Below are positions 10,754 to 20,359 of a stretch of DNA of 52,830 nt, piece by piece. Source of the DNA: Candidatus Omnitrophota bacterium (GTDB lineage: Bacteria > Omnitrophota > Gorgyraeia > Gygaellales > Profunditerraquicolaceae); NCBI GenBank assembly GCA_023819035.1, contig JAMWCL010000003.1, positions 1 to 52,830 on the forward strand. The letters run 5' to 3'. The notes beneath the pieces were generated by a model. The model was not told where the DNA came from and made no database searches. It saw only the letters and a list, made by a program, of their open reading frames with translations. Every line of letters begins with the position of its first letter. Within the stretch, counting starts at the first letter, position 1. A program made the translations under genes and the position numbers.

Positions 10754-12874
10754 TTAGGGATTAGAAGAACTGGATTTAGGAGCATGGTAACTTTGATTAA
10801 AACTACACTCCAGCTCAGGAAACGCCTTCAGCCTAAAAACTATCCAGACTGTATGCCCTTTATCTTTCTGAATATTATAAGTAAATTCCATAATCCAGCA
10901 ATGGAGATCTCTGATAAAGGAATATTCCTGTTCTTTTAAACCTTTATTTCTTATCTGTGCAAACTGATAACGCTGGTATGTCCTAAACTTCCATTTAGGA
11001 GAAAAACGCCAATTTAACTCTGAAGTTAATTCCTTGCCTCCCCTGCGTTCATAGCGCTGACCAAAACCTAAGGATCTATCCTTGCCGAGATTTACAATGT
11101 TATCAAGATTTACCTGTTTAAAATTATCGCCGAAATGGTCATAAATAGCGTCTGCTTCAAACCTTAACCAAGCATAAGGTACCAGCTCCAGATCAAAAAG
11201 AAAATCAGAAAAACTAGAGCCACTACCGCCTTTGGGTTTAAATTTATAATCGGTAGATACTTTCAGGGTAACTAAATCAACTTTTGTAGCATCGGTTCTT
11301 TTAGTTTGAAGTTTATTTACCAATTCAATATCGATTTTGTTACTTTTAGTGATTCTGTCTATATCATCGAACTCCTGTAATTTATAGGAAGGAATGGTTG
11401 GCTGATGGATATAAGTAAATCTTAAAACAGGGCTTACTACATGCCTTAAACCATTTATATCCAAACCCAAAAAATTCGAGTTAAAATCAAATAGACGGTA
11501 GAACTTTGTGCTTAAATCTAAACCACTGTAAAACACTGTACGGGGATCTAAGGAATCCCCATTTATATCCTTTGAATAAAAGGTTTGTCTTATTCCTATA
11601 AATGGATTAAGCCATAAGAAAGATAATTTAACAGGTAAAGAGAAATGATTATATGTATCAAATCTTACTACATCCTTATCACTATCGGAAGGGGCAGGAT
11701 TTTTCTCGGTAAGGTTGGATACCATAATGCTATTTTTAAAATAAAGGGGCGTCCCATAAATCTTATATTCCGGTAAACTAAAATAAACCTCAGGTAACCT
11801 TTCCACAGTTGTATCATACCAGCGATTTACACGCTTCTGCACAAAAAGGCTTAAGCTGGCATAATCAAAGGCATGAGTAAAAAGAAGATAGGTCTTTGGT
11901 TGAATATCCTTCTCGTATTCCCTGAAGAAGTAATCTTTTAAGAAATTATGTTCACCGCCAAGTTGTCTTTTGGAATCCTGGATTTTATAATATTCCAGGT
12001 TAACATTGGTACGATTATCTATCTCCCAGCGGTGTCTCCAGCGAATAAGATAGCGCTGGAACTCACGCGGACCGGATTCCGATAATCTTCGATCTCTCTC
12101 CTGGGTATAATAGTATTTGTAATCTCCTGAGCCAAAGCAATTGGTTTTATAATTAAGACCGAAACCTTCGGCTACCCCTAAATCCTGACGCCAATCAAGA
12201 TAGATTCTACCTGAAGCATAATCCGTAAGATTATAACGCCAGGCACTAAGTAGATATGGTCCCCAATCCTTATGCTTACCAGGCATAAATTGAACATGCA
12301 TAAGCAGATCCTTAAGGCTACGACTGTAACCAGGTAAATAAAGTATAGGTAATTTACCTAAATATACTGTATCGTGTTGACTTCTTATCTTATCATTGGG
12401 GAAAATATCCAACTGCTTAGCCCCTATCCGATAATGAGGAAAATCATAACTGCAGGTAGTAGCATAACCTTTTTGTGCAACAAAATGTGTTTCATTTATC
12501 CTTTCGATTTCTTTAGCCTTACCAAAATAAGGATTCGCCCTAAACTCCGAATCAACCATGATTCCTGCTTTGGTATTAAGGTTATAGGTTAATCTTTTGC
12601 CTTCGATAATACCCCTTGAATCCTCAATTCTTACATCACCTTCTGCCTCGGCATCCTTGGTTTCTATATTAACCTTGAGTTTCCTGCAGGTCAATTTTGT
12701 TTCTTTATAAACTACAACGACATTACCTTCCGCACTTACCTCTTTACCATCTAAAGAATATTCTACCGTGTCCGCATTAACCGTCACCGATCCATCAGTT
12801 TCTGTCTGCTGGGCATAACAGACCGACAAGCTAAAGATTAAAAAAATAAAGATTAAAAAAATCTTAGACTTCAT
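10754..12874 (-). CDS. lptD: LPS-assembly outer-membrane protein LptD-like
   Basis: Signal peptide, OstA-like N-domain (VNADTVEY, AEGNV), TTC motif, long aromatic-rich beta-barrel region, late HCW motif. Confidence 0.8.
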   Translation of the reverse strand: MKSKIFLIFIFLIFSLSVCYAQQTETDGSVTVNADTVEYSLDGKEVSAEGNVVVVYKETKLTCRKLKVNIETKDAEAEGDVRIEDSRGIIEGKRLTYNLNTKAGIMVDSEFRANPYFGKAKEIERINETHFVAQKGYATTCSYDFPHYRIGAKQLDIFPNDKIRSQHDTVYLGKLPILYLPGYSRSLKDLLMHVQFMPGKHKDWGPYLLSAWRYNLTDYASGRIYLDWRQDLGVAEGFGLNYKTNCFGSGDYKYYYTQERDRRLSESGPREFQRYLIRWRHRWEIDNRTNVNLEYYKIQDSKRQLGGEHNFLKDYFFREYEKDIQPKTYLLFTHAFDYASLSLFVQKRVNRWYDTTVERLPEVYFSLPEYKIYGTPLYFKNSIMVSNLTEKNPAPSDSDKDVVRFDTYNHFSLPVKLSFLWLNPFIGIRQTFYSKDINGDSLDPRTVFYSGLDLSTKFYRLFDFNSNFLGLDINGLRHVVSPVLRFTYIHQPTIPSYKLQEFDDIDRITKSNKIDIELVNKLQTKRTDATKVDLVTLKVSTDYKFKPKGGSGSSFSDFLFDLELVPYAWLRFEADAIYDHFGDNFKQVNLDNIVNLGKDRSLGFGQRYERRGGKELTSELNWRFSPKWKFRTYQRYQFAQIRNKGLKEQEYSFIRDLHCWIMEFTYNIQKDKGHTVWIVFRLKAFPELECSFNQSYHAPKSSSSNP

Positions 12875-12875
12875 A

Positions 12876-13523
12876 TTATCTTTTGGGCACCTTCTTCCAA
12901 TCCTCTAAGAATCTCTGTATACCAATGTCCGTAAGTGGGTGCTTAAGCAACTGTTCTATTACCGCAAAGGGAACAGTAGCAATATCTGCTCCTATTCTTG
13001 CTGCTTCCAACACATGTAAAGGATTACGTACAGAAGCAACAATGATCTGGGTTTTAAATCCATAATTGCTATAGATGGTTTTTATCTGACGCACTAACTC
13101 CATTCCTTCCTGACCTATATCATCAAGCCTGCCAATAAAAGGAGAAATGTAATCTGCACCTACCTTAGCCGCTAAAAGCGCTTGATTAGGAGAAAAACAT
13201 AAAGTAACATTAGTTTTTATACCTTCGCTAGAAAGAATCTTTACTGCCTTAAGGCCCTCTTTAACCAAAGGAATCTTAATCACAATGTTTTTGGCAATCT
13301 TAGAAAGAATCTTTGCTTCTTTAACCATTGTCTGGCAATCTAAACCGATAACCTCTGCGCTTACCGGTCCTGAAACCAAGGAACAGATCTCCTTTAACAA
13401 ATCCTCGGCAGGACGCTCCTCTTTAGAAATAAGGGTGGGATTAGTAGTAACCCCATCTATAATACCTATCTTTATTGCCTCCTTTATCTCATCGATATTA
13501 GCAGTATCAATAAATATCTTCAT
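12876..13523 (-). CDS. tal: Transaldolase / fructose-6-phosphate aldolase (short TalC type)
   Basis: [20 protein letters not shown] Schiff-base Lys, SPFIGRLDD. Confidence 0.92.
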   Translation of the reverse strand: MKIFIDTANIDEIKEAIKIGIIDGVTTNPTLISKEERPAEDLLKEICSLVSGPVSAEVIGLDCQTMVKEAKILSKIAKNIVIKIPLVKEGLKAVKILSSEGIKTNVTLCFSPNQALLAAKVGADYISPFIGRLDDIGQEGMELVRQIKTIYSNYGFKTQIIVASVRNPLHVLEAARIGADIATVPFAVIEQLLKHPLTDIGIQRFLEDWKKVPKR

Positions 13524-14446
13524 AACCTGCTTCCTTCCTTTACCAAAATACCTGCTCCGATTAAACCTGCATCGTTACCCAGCTTTGCCTTAAGTACTTT
13601 AACCTGCCTTGCCTGTACCATCATCGCGCGTTCTTTTATTGTCTTTCTTAATTTATCAAATAATATCTTACCTGCCTGAGCTATTCCACCCCCGATAACT
13701 ACAACCTCGGGATTAAGTAAGTTTATTATTCCTGAAAGCGCAATCCCCAATCTCCCAGCAACCCTCAACCAGATTAATCTGGCTCTTTTATCTCCTTCCC
13801 TTGCTAGTTTACTCAGTTCCTCAAGACTAATGTCTCTATTAAAAATCTTCTTTGCCTCCTTTATCACTGCTTTATTACCAATATAAGTCTCAAGACAAGC
13901 TCTTCCCCCACAATTACATAAAGGGCCTTCTTCATTTAACGGGATATGACCGATTTCTCCTGCGGAAAAACCGGAACCTCGATAAAGTATACCATTAATA
14001 ATTATTCCTCCTCCTACACCGGTTCCTAAAGTAAGACATACCGCATTCTTAAATCCCCTGGCTTTACCATACCTATATTCTGCCAGTGCCATTAAATTAG
14101 CATCGTTATCTAAGAATACAGGTAAACCTAATCTTTTTTCTAAGATCCTTTTAAGCCTTACCTTTTTAAACCCGGCAATATTAGGGAAAAAATGCACCAG
14201 TCCTTTTTTTATATCTATGGGTCCGGGTAGACCTAAACCTATCCCCAATAAATCTTTTTTAGATAATCGATTTTCTCTTATAAGTGCTTTTATAGAATTT
14301 ATAATTGCTGAGATTAATTGTTCTTTTTTAATAAAACTTCTAGTACTTAATACTTTTTTGGTTATAATCTTGTAATTAGAACCTAAAAGTCCGATCTTTA
14401 GATTTGTTCCACCTAAATCAACCCCAATGATAAAGCTTCTTTTCAT
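13520..14446 (-). CDS. ROK-family sugar kinase (glucokinase)
   Basis: [32 protein letters not shown]; no N-terminal HTH. Confidence 0.9.
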   Translation of the reverse strand: MKRSFIIGVDLGGTNLKIGLLGSNYKIITKKVLSTRSFIKKEQLISAIINSIKALIRENRLSKKDLLGIGLGLPGPIDIKKGLVHFFPNIAGFKKVRLKRILEKRLGLPVFLDNDANLMALAEYRYGKARGFKNAVCLTLGTGVGGGIIINGILYRGSGFSAGEIGHIPLNEEGPLCNCGGRACLETYIGNKAVIKEAKKIFNRDISLEELSKLAREGDKRARLIWLRVAGRLGIALSGIINLLNPEVVVIGGGIAQAGKILFDKLRKTIKERAMMVQARQVKVLKAKLGNDAGLIGAGILVKEGSRL

Positions 14447-14455
14447 TTGGGTGGT

Positions 14456-14484
14456 ATTTTATACTAAACTGACTGCAATTGCAA
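14456..14484 (-). promoter_or_regulatory. Sigma70 promoter for ROK-tal-lptD-sugar operon (near-leaderless)
   Basis: TTGCAA (14484-14479), 17 bp, TAAAAT (14461-14456); 9 nt between -10 and ATG; no SD. Confidence 0.6.
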
Positions 14485-14494
14485 GGGTTTATCT

Positions 14495-15487
14495 TCAATC
14501 AGGCTTCCAAATACAGATGCGATTTCTACCCATAATTTTTGCTTTATACAGGGCTTTATCCGCATTATCCAAGATAGTCTTTGCGTCTTTACCATCTATG
14601 GGAAAAGTGGCTACACCAATACTTACAGTAAGTTTTAACTGCTCATCATAGATTTTTATTGTCTTATCTGAGATTGTTTTACGGATACGCTCAGCAGCAA
14701 ATTCTGCCTGGGGTTTATCGGTTTCAATTAAGATTAGCGAAAATTCCTCTCCTCCATATCTACCAATAATATCTATCTGTCTGATATTCTCTTTTAAGAT
14801 CTTAGCAATCTCTTTTAAAATAGCATCGCCAACTAGATGCCCATAATTATCATTAAAATATTTAAAGTGATCTATATCAATCATTAAAAAAGAAAAGTTT
14901 AAGTTAAATTTTCTTGAGCGTTCTATTTCTTCATTAAACCTCTCCATAAAAAAGCGACGCGAAAATACCTTTGTAAGGCTATCAGTAATTGCTAATTCTT
15001 GAAGCTGGCTATATAGGTGCGCTCGCTTTAAACCTAATAAAAACTGGTGAGCCAAAACAAAAAATTTATCTTTTTTATCCTGGGGAATATCCTTATATAC
15101 TAAATACCCTAAAATCCTTCTCTCTATCCTTAAAGGCATAATTCCAAAACCAGACTTTTCTAAATCCCTACTCTGTTCCTGAACAAATCGATACTCACCT
15201 ATTTTTATATATCTAGCTAACTCCTCCTTAAAAGAATTAAATATCCTTTCTTTATCTAAAGATCCGCAGATATTCCGGGTAATCTCAAATAAGGCAATCA
15301 TCTCCTCAGAGATTTCTTTTAAATTAGAGTTTTTATTCTTTAATTCAGTATTCTCTTTTAAAAGTTGATTATAGGTGTTTTGACTTTGTTTAATCTCATT
15401 ATCTATACTAACCAAAAAGCTATAAAGTTTCTTTTTTAAAAAAATAAACCAAATAAAACTTAATAATCCAAGAATCAGGTAGTACAT
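14495..15487 (-). CDS. Membrane-anchored diguanylate cyclase (TM, coiled coil, degenerate GAF, GGEEF)
   Basis: N-terminal TM, DSLT, DIDHFK, RQID I-site, RYGGEEF. Confidence 0.9.
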   Translation of the reverse strand: MYYLILGLLSFIWFIFLKKKLYSFLVSIDNEIKQSQNTYNQLLKENTELKNKNSNLKEISEEMIALFEITRNICGSLDKERIFNSFKEELARYIKIGEYRFVQEQSRDLEKSGFGIMPLRIERRILGYLVYKDIPQDKKDKFFVLAHQFLLGLKRAHLYSQLQELAITDSLTKVFSRRFFMERFNEEIERSRKFNLNFSFLMIDIDHFKYFNDNYGHLVGDAILKEIAKILKENIRQIDIIGRYGGEEFSLILIETDKPQAEFAAERIRKTISDKTIKIYDEQLKLTVSIGVATFPIDGKDAKTILDNADKALYKAKIMGRNRICIWKPD

Positions 15488-16746
15488 ACACGATTCCGCC
15501 CCTTTTGCTTTGCCTTATACATTGCCTGATCTGCTTTAATAATCAGCTCATCTTCATCCTTAGCATCTTCGGGAAAAGTACTTAAACCGACTGAGATAGT
15601 AATCCGCGTTATCTGATTCCGTAAGATTATCTTCATCTCTTCTATTATCTGACGGATCTGCTCTGAAATAACCAAAGCCTTTTTCTTATCAAAATTAGGT
15701 AGGATTACTGCAAATTCTTCCCCGCCAAAACGCCCGATTATAGAATTAGCTTCTTTAAGCGACATCAAAAGATTCTGACTTAATTCTTTTAACACAATAT
15801 CTCCTGCAGTATGCCCAAACTTATCATTGTAATGCTTAAAGTAGTCTATATCTAAGATCAAAAGAGAAACGGGATTATCTTTCCGTATAGCCCACTTAAT
15901 CTCCTGTTTTAATTTCTCTAAAAAATAACCCTTAGTGTAAAGCTTGGTTAAATCATCGTGAACTGCCAAATTCTGCATATCCGCAAAAAGCTGACTGTTC
16001 TCTATTGCCACCGCACCCAGATCAGAAAGAACAACTAAAAATCTTAAGTCATCCTGGGTATAAGAAAATGGCTCTGGACTATCCAATCTTAGTATCCCTA
16101 AGATTCTGTCTTTGGCCAAGAAAGGAGCACTAATTAAAGATGAGATCGGTCTTATATCTAAACTTCTTAATTTCTCCAAATCAAAACGAAAATCCTTCTT
16201 TATATCCTCTATAAGAAGTGGGCTACCGTGCCTTAAGACCCATAAATCAAAGATGTCACCTTCCTTTGCCTTAATAACCAAGCGGTCATTTTCTTTTTTT
16301 GTCTTTACCAATTTAAGTCTCTGAGTAAGACTATCTACAAGATAAATTACACAGACACCCTTACGCTGGCCGATAAATGAAAAAGCACTTTCCACAAGCT
16401 TCTCAGTTATGGCCTCTAAATCTAACTGTTGATTTAATGCCTCGATGATATCCTTTAAGTTCCCATAGCGCTTAATCTTTTCCTGAAGATAGGATGCCTT
16501 TTCATTCTCACGAGAATTCTCTTCGGTTAAGATATTTATCTTTCCTTGAATATCTTGGAGAATAAGATTAGAAGAGGTTCCTTTATAAGAATATCTTTTA
16601 ACCAAGTATAATGTCAGCAGGATATTTAAAAGATAAAATATTGATAATATTAATAGGGGAGAGGGCAAAAAATGGAAGATTAAATATATAGGTAGAATAA
16701 AAAGCGTAAAGCAAAGAAAAATAATCTCAATAACTAATTTAAACAG
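15475..16746 (-). CDS. Membrane-anchored GAF-GGDEF diguanylate cyclase (start uncertain: CTG 16746 or TTG 16668)
   Basis: GAF domain (SLISAPF...LGILRLDS...YTQDDLRFL), DDLT, DIDYFK, RFGGEEF. Frame is open and hydrophobic for 26 more codons up to a CTG with SD. Confidence 0.85.
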   Translation of the reverse strand: MFKLVIEIIFLCFTLFILPIYLIFHFLPSPLLILSIFYLLNILLTLYLVKRYSYKGTSSNLILQDIQGKINILTEENSRENEKASYLQEKIKRYGNLKDIIEALNQQLDLEAITEKLVESAFSFIGQRKGVCVIYLVDSLTQRLKLVKTKKENDRLVIKAKEGDIFDLWVLRHGSPLLIEDIKKDFRFDLEKLRSLDIRPISSLISAPFLAKDRILGILRLDSPEPFSYTQDDLRFLVVLSDLGAVAIENSQLFADMQNLAVHDDLTKLYTKGYFLEKLKQEIKWAIRKDNPVSLLILDIDYFKHYNDKFGHTAGDIVLKELSQNLLMSLKEANSIIGRFGGEEFAVILPNFDKKKALVISEQIRQIIEEMKIILRNQITRITISVGLSTFPEDAKDEDELIIKADQAMYKAKQKGRNRVCTT

Positions 16747-16757
16747 TTTCGTTTTCC

Positions 16758-17861
16758 TTATACGATAGTTTTCTCTGTATCTTTATCGAAAAAATGAGCT
16801 TTGCTCATATCAAAGACTAACTCCATATCCTCGCCTACCTTTGGCCGATCGTGAGCGCCCACACGAGCAACAAAAGAATGTTTTCCTGTATTCAGATAAA
16901 GATAAACCTCAGAGCCTAAGGGCTCATAGACCTCGCAGGTAACTCTTACAATATTTTCTGGAGCAACCTCAGATACAAACAGCTTATCGTAGATATCCTC
17001 TGAACGAATTCCAAAGATAATCTCTTTGCCCTCATAAGGAGCAATTGTCTCAAACATACTTTCTACTAATTTTACCTTAATCCTTCCTTCATCAAAATAA
17101 AATTTACTATTTTTTTTAATTATCCTTCCCGACATAAAATTCATAGGAGGTGAACCAATAAAGCCAGCAACAAATTTATTTGCTGGACGGTCATAAATAG
17201 TGATGGGGTCAGCTACCTGTTGAATTACCCCATCCTTCATTACCGCAATCCTGTCTCCCATGGTCATCGCTTCCACCTGATCATGGGTAACATAGATTAT
17301 GGTAGTCTGAAGACGAATATGCAATTTATGGATCTCAGTACGCATCTGAACCCTTAATTTTGCATCCAGATTACTCAATGGCTCATCAAAAAGAAATACC
17401 AAAGGTCTTCTTACAATCGCCCTTCCTACTGCTACACGCTGTCTTTCGCCGCCCGAAAGCTCTCGGGGTTTACGATTAAGAAGATTCTTTATACCCAGTA
17501 TCTCTGCTGCTTCATCCACGCGCTGAATTATTTCATGTTTAGGATATCGCTTTAGCTTCAAACCAAAAGCCATATTTTCAAATACAGTCATATGGGGATA
17601 TAGGGCATAATTTTGAAACACCATGGCAATATCACGGTCTTTTGCCGGGATATCATTTACTCGTTTATCACCGATATAAATATCCCCTGAGGTTATCTCC
17701 TCAAGACCCGCAATCATCCTTAAGGTAGTAGACTTCCCACAACCCGAAGGACCGACTAAAACCATAAACTCTCTATTCTCTACCCCTAAGCTGATATTAT
17801 CCACTGCCTTTATACCGCCAGGAAAAATCTTAGAAACATTCTTTAAACTTACTTGAGCCAT
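16758..17861 (-). CDS. Carbohydrate ABC transporter ATPase (MalK/MsmX/UgpC family)
   Basis: GPSGCGKST, FQNYALYPHM, LSGGERQR, DEPLSNLDAKLR, C-terminal TOBE region. Confidence 0.93.
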   Translation of the reverse strand: MAQVSLKNVSKIFPGGIKAVDNISLGVENREFMVLVGPSGCGKSTTLRMIAGLEEITSGDIYIGDKRVNDIPAKDRDIAMVFQNYALYPHMTVFENMAFGLKLKRYPKHEIIQRVDEAAEILGIKNLLNRKPRELSGGERQRVAVGRAIVRRPLVFLFDEPLSNLDAKLRVQMRTEIHKLHIRLQTTIIYVTHDQVEAMTMGDRIAVMKDGVIQQVADPITIYDRPANKFVAGFIGSPPMNFMSGRIIKKNSKFYFDEGRIKVKLVESMFETIAPYEGKEIIFGIRSEDIYDKLFVSEVAPENIVRVTCEVYEPLGSEVYLYLNTGKHSFVARVGAHDRPKVGEDMELVFDMSKAHFFDKDTEKTIV

Positions 17862-17869
17862 ATTTTTTT

Positions 17870-17897
17870 ATTATATACACTTAAATAAAATAGTCAA
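17870..17897 (-). promoter_or_regulatory. Sigma70 promoter for malK-like gene (leaderless candidate)
   Basis: TTGACT (17897-17892), 16 bp, TATAAT (17875-17870); 8 nt to ATG; no SD. Confidence 0.6.
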
Positions 17898-18720
17898 GTA
17901 ATCTACTTAAGGTAGCTTTTAGCTCTTTACGATGCACTATCATATCAATAAGACCGTGTTCTAATAAAAACTCTGAACGCTGAAAACCCACAGGTAATTT
18001 CTGTCTAATGGTTTGTTCAATAACCCGCGGACCAGTAAAACCAATTAAGGCCTTAGGCTCCGCAATGATTATATCTCCTAATCCTGCAAAAGAAGCCATA
18101 ACCCCTGCCATAGTAGGATTAGTCAATACCGATATATAAAGTAAATCTGCCTGATGATGAAGGGCAAGGGCATTAGCAGTCTTAGACATCTGCATAAGAC
18201 TGAACATCCCTTCATACATTCTTGCACCGCCTCCTGAACCTGAAACAATAATTAAAGGCAGTTTATTCTTTGTGGCTGCTTCAATTATTCGCGTAATCTT
18301 CTCACCTACTACCGAACCCATCGAGCCCATGATAAAACGAGAATCAGTTACACCAATTATAACCCTTTTATTATCTAAAAGACCTTCTCCAGTTACCGCT
18401 GCCTCTTTTAATCCAGTAGCAGTTTGATCCTGAACTAATTTTTCCGTATAAGCCTTTGGGCCTTTAAAATTTAAAGGATCCTGGGGTAACATATCTTTAT
18501 CGTATTCCTTAAATGTATCTTTATCTAAGAGCATATTTATCCTCTCATAAGCACCTAAGACAAAATGATAATTACACTTAGGACAAACCCATAAATTTTC
18601 TTCTAAGGTCTTATTATATAACATCTCGAAACATTCCTCGCATTTTGTCCATAGACCATCGGGGATTTCTTTCTTTTTTACCCTTACTATTGTATATTTA
18701 GGTCTACCAAAAAGTGCCAT
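17881..18720 (-). CDS. accD: Acetyl-CoA carboxylase carboxyltransferase beta subunit
   Basis: WTKCEEC...CPKC zinc finger, FIMGSMGSVVGEKI, GGARM, GFTGPRVIEQT, GFQRSEFLLEHG. Confidence 0.95.
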   Translation of the reverse strand: MALFGRPKYTIVRVKKKEIPDGLWTKCEECFEMLYNKTLEENLWVCPKCNYHFVLGAYERINMLLDKDTFKEYDKDMLPQDPLNFKGPKAYTEKLVQDQTATGLKEAAVTGEGLLDNKRVIIGVTDSRFIMGSMGSVVGEKITRIIEAATKNKLPLIIVSGSGGGARMYEGMFSLMQMSKTANALALHHQADLLYISVLTNPTMAGVMASFAGLGDIIIAEPKALIGFTGPRVIEQTIRQKLPVGFQRSEFLLEHGLIDMIVHRKELKATLSRLLDYFI

Positions 18721-18722
18721 CT

Positions 18723-20006
18723 CTATTTAAGATTAAACTTATTTATTACTAACCCTGACAAAAGCTTAGGATAAAAATAGGTTGATTTAGGGGGCATTCT
18801 TTCCTTATTTAAGGCTACAGAGATTAACTGTTCAACCCTTACCGGATTTAAAAAGAAACCGATATAGGAATCATTACTATCTACCTTTTTAATAATCTCT
18901 TCAGCATCAGGGGAAAACGTAATAAAATTTTGATCATAATGATCTAAACCTAAGATATTCTCTAAGATTATATAATTTAAAATAGAGATATTTAACCTTC
19001 TATATTCAAGAGATTTATCCAGGATAATCTTATCTAAAATTTTAACATTTTTTAAGCGAAGAAGCCAGAATGTCTTATCCCGATACATACCTAAAACATG
19101 CTCGTTTCTTCCTGCCTTTTCTTTTAGAAAGTAGAATCTCTCTTTATCCTTTATAGGCTGTAACTCAAAATAATCAGAAAGCTTACGATAAAGGTTTTTA
19201 ATATTGTAATTAGAATCTATCTTTACTAATCTATGTATAGGTAAAATAGTTAAACCCGCTGATTCTATATTAGTAAAATAACTCATAATATAGTTAAAAT
19301 CATCTTCCTTGCTTAAAGAACCATATAGGCAATTCATCTTTTGACTGTAAATAGAAGCAACTTCATAACGGTGGTGTCCATCGGCGATGAAGATATTGGT
19401 ATCTTGCATCTTTTTACATATCTGCTCGATTATCTCAGGTGAATCTATTCGCCATAATTCATTCAGAATCTTATCTTCATCAACTACACTAATAAATGGC
19501 TTTTTCTTTGAAATATAATTTTGATTTATCTGCTGAATAATCCGCTTTTTATCAGAAAAAAGAACAAATATAGGGCTGAGGTTCGCCTTTACCTCCTCTA
19601 ATAGCCGAAGTCGATCCATCTTAGGTTCTAGGTGTGTATGCTCATGAGGGAATATCGAGGGGTTATCCTCTTCTAGATGTAAGAGGGCAATGAATCCTAT
19701 GCGGGTCCTTTTTTCCCCTTTAAGATTATAACGCTGGCTGTAAAAATAAATCGCTGGCCTATCATCCTGAATAAAAATACCCTCTTTTAACCAATCCCTA
19801 AAATACATACCTGCACGCTGATACTTATCTTCATTTGGAATATCCTTTCCTAAAAGGATATAGATAAAATTGTAGGGATTAAGACTGTGATAATAGTCCT
19901 GTTTAGTCACAGAAATTATATCATAAGGCGGGCAGACGACTAAAGATAGGTCGCCAATCCTTTGTTGATTATAGATAACTGCCCTGAAGGGTTTTATCTT
20001 TGTCAA
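18723..20006 (-). CDS. DUF1015 family protein
   Basis: CPPYDII, PHEHT, IADGHHRY, MPPKSTYFYPK. Confidence 0.88.
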   Translation of the reverse strand: MTKIKPFRAVIYNQQRIGDLSLVVCPPYDIISVTKQDYYHSLNPYNFIYILLGKDIPNEDKYQRAGMYFRDWLKEGIFIQDDRPAIYFYSQRYNLKGEKRTRIGFIALLHLEEDNPSIFPHEHTHLEPKMDRLRLLEEVKANLSPIFVLFSDKKRIIQQINQNYISKKKPFISVVDEDKILNELWRIDSPEIIEQICKKMQDTNIFIADGHHRYEVASIYSQKMNCLYGSLSKEDDFNYIMSYFTNIESAGLTILPIHRLVKIDSNYNIKNLYRKLSDYFELQPIKDKERFYFLKEKAGRNEHVLGMYRDKTFWLLRLKNVKILDKIILDKSLEYRRLNISILNYIILENILGLDHYDQNFITFSPDAEEIIKKVDSNDSYIGFFLNPVRVEQLISVALNKERMPPKSTYFYPKLLSGLVINKFNLK

Positions 20007-20085
20007 CTTCTACCCCTTTTATTTTTTTTAAGCTATGATGATCTTTAAGGGTAATCTATGAACATGAGAAAAATAGGAGAACATC

Positions 20086-20337
20086 TTATTTATCTTTGCC
20101 CGGGCAACAATTAGAAGAGGATTCAGCCTTATTTGATAAATCTTCTTTAGGAGGTTTCTTCCGGTAGTCGGTAGCGTAAAAGCCTGGCCCCTTAAAGATT
20201 ATCCCTATACCCGTACCGATAAGCCGTTTAAGTTTACCATTACACTTACTACATTTCTCTAAAGGCTCATCGGTGATCTTCTGGAATGTCTCGAAAATAT
20301 CACCACAGTTTAAGCATTCGTATCCATAAGTAGGCAT
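20086..20337 (-). CDS. FmdB-family zinc-ribbon protein
   Basis: MPTYGYECLNCG...CSKC...FKGPGFYATDY; SD AAGGAG. Confidence 0.88.
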   Translation of the reverse strand: MPTYGYECLNCGDIFETFQKITDEPLEKCSKCNGKLKRLIGTGIGIIFKGPGFYATDYRKKPPKEDLSNKAESSSNCCPGKDK

Positions 20338-20359
20338 TGTGTTTCTCCTTTTTAAAAAT

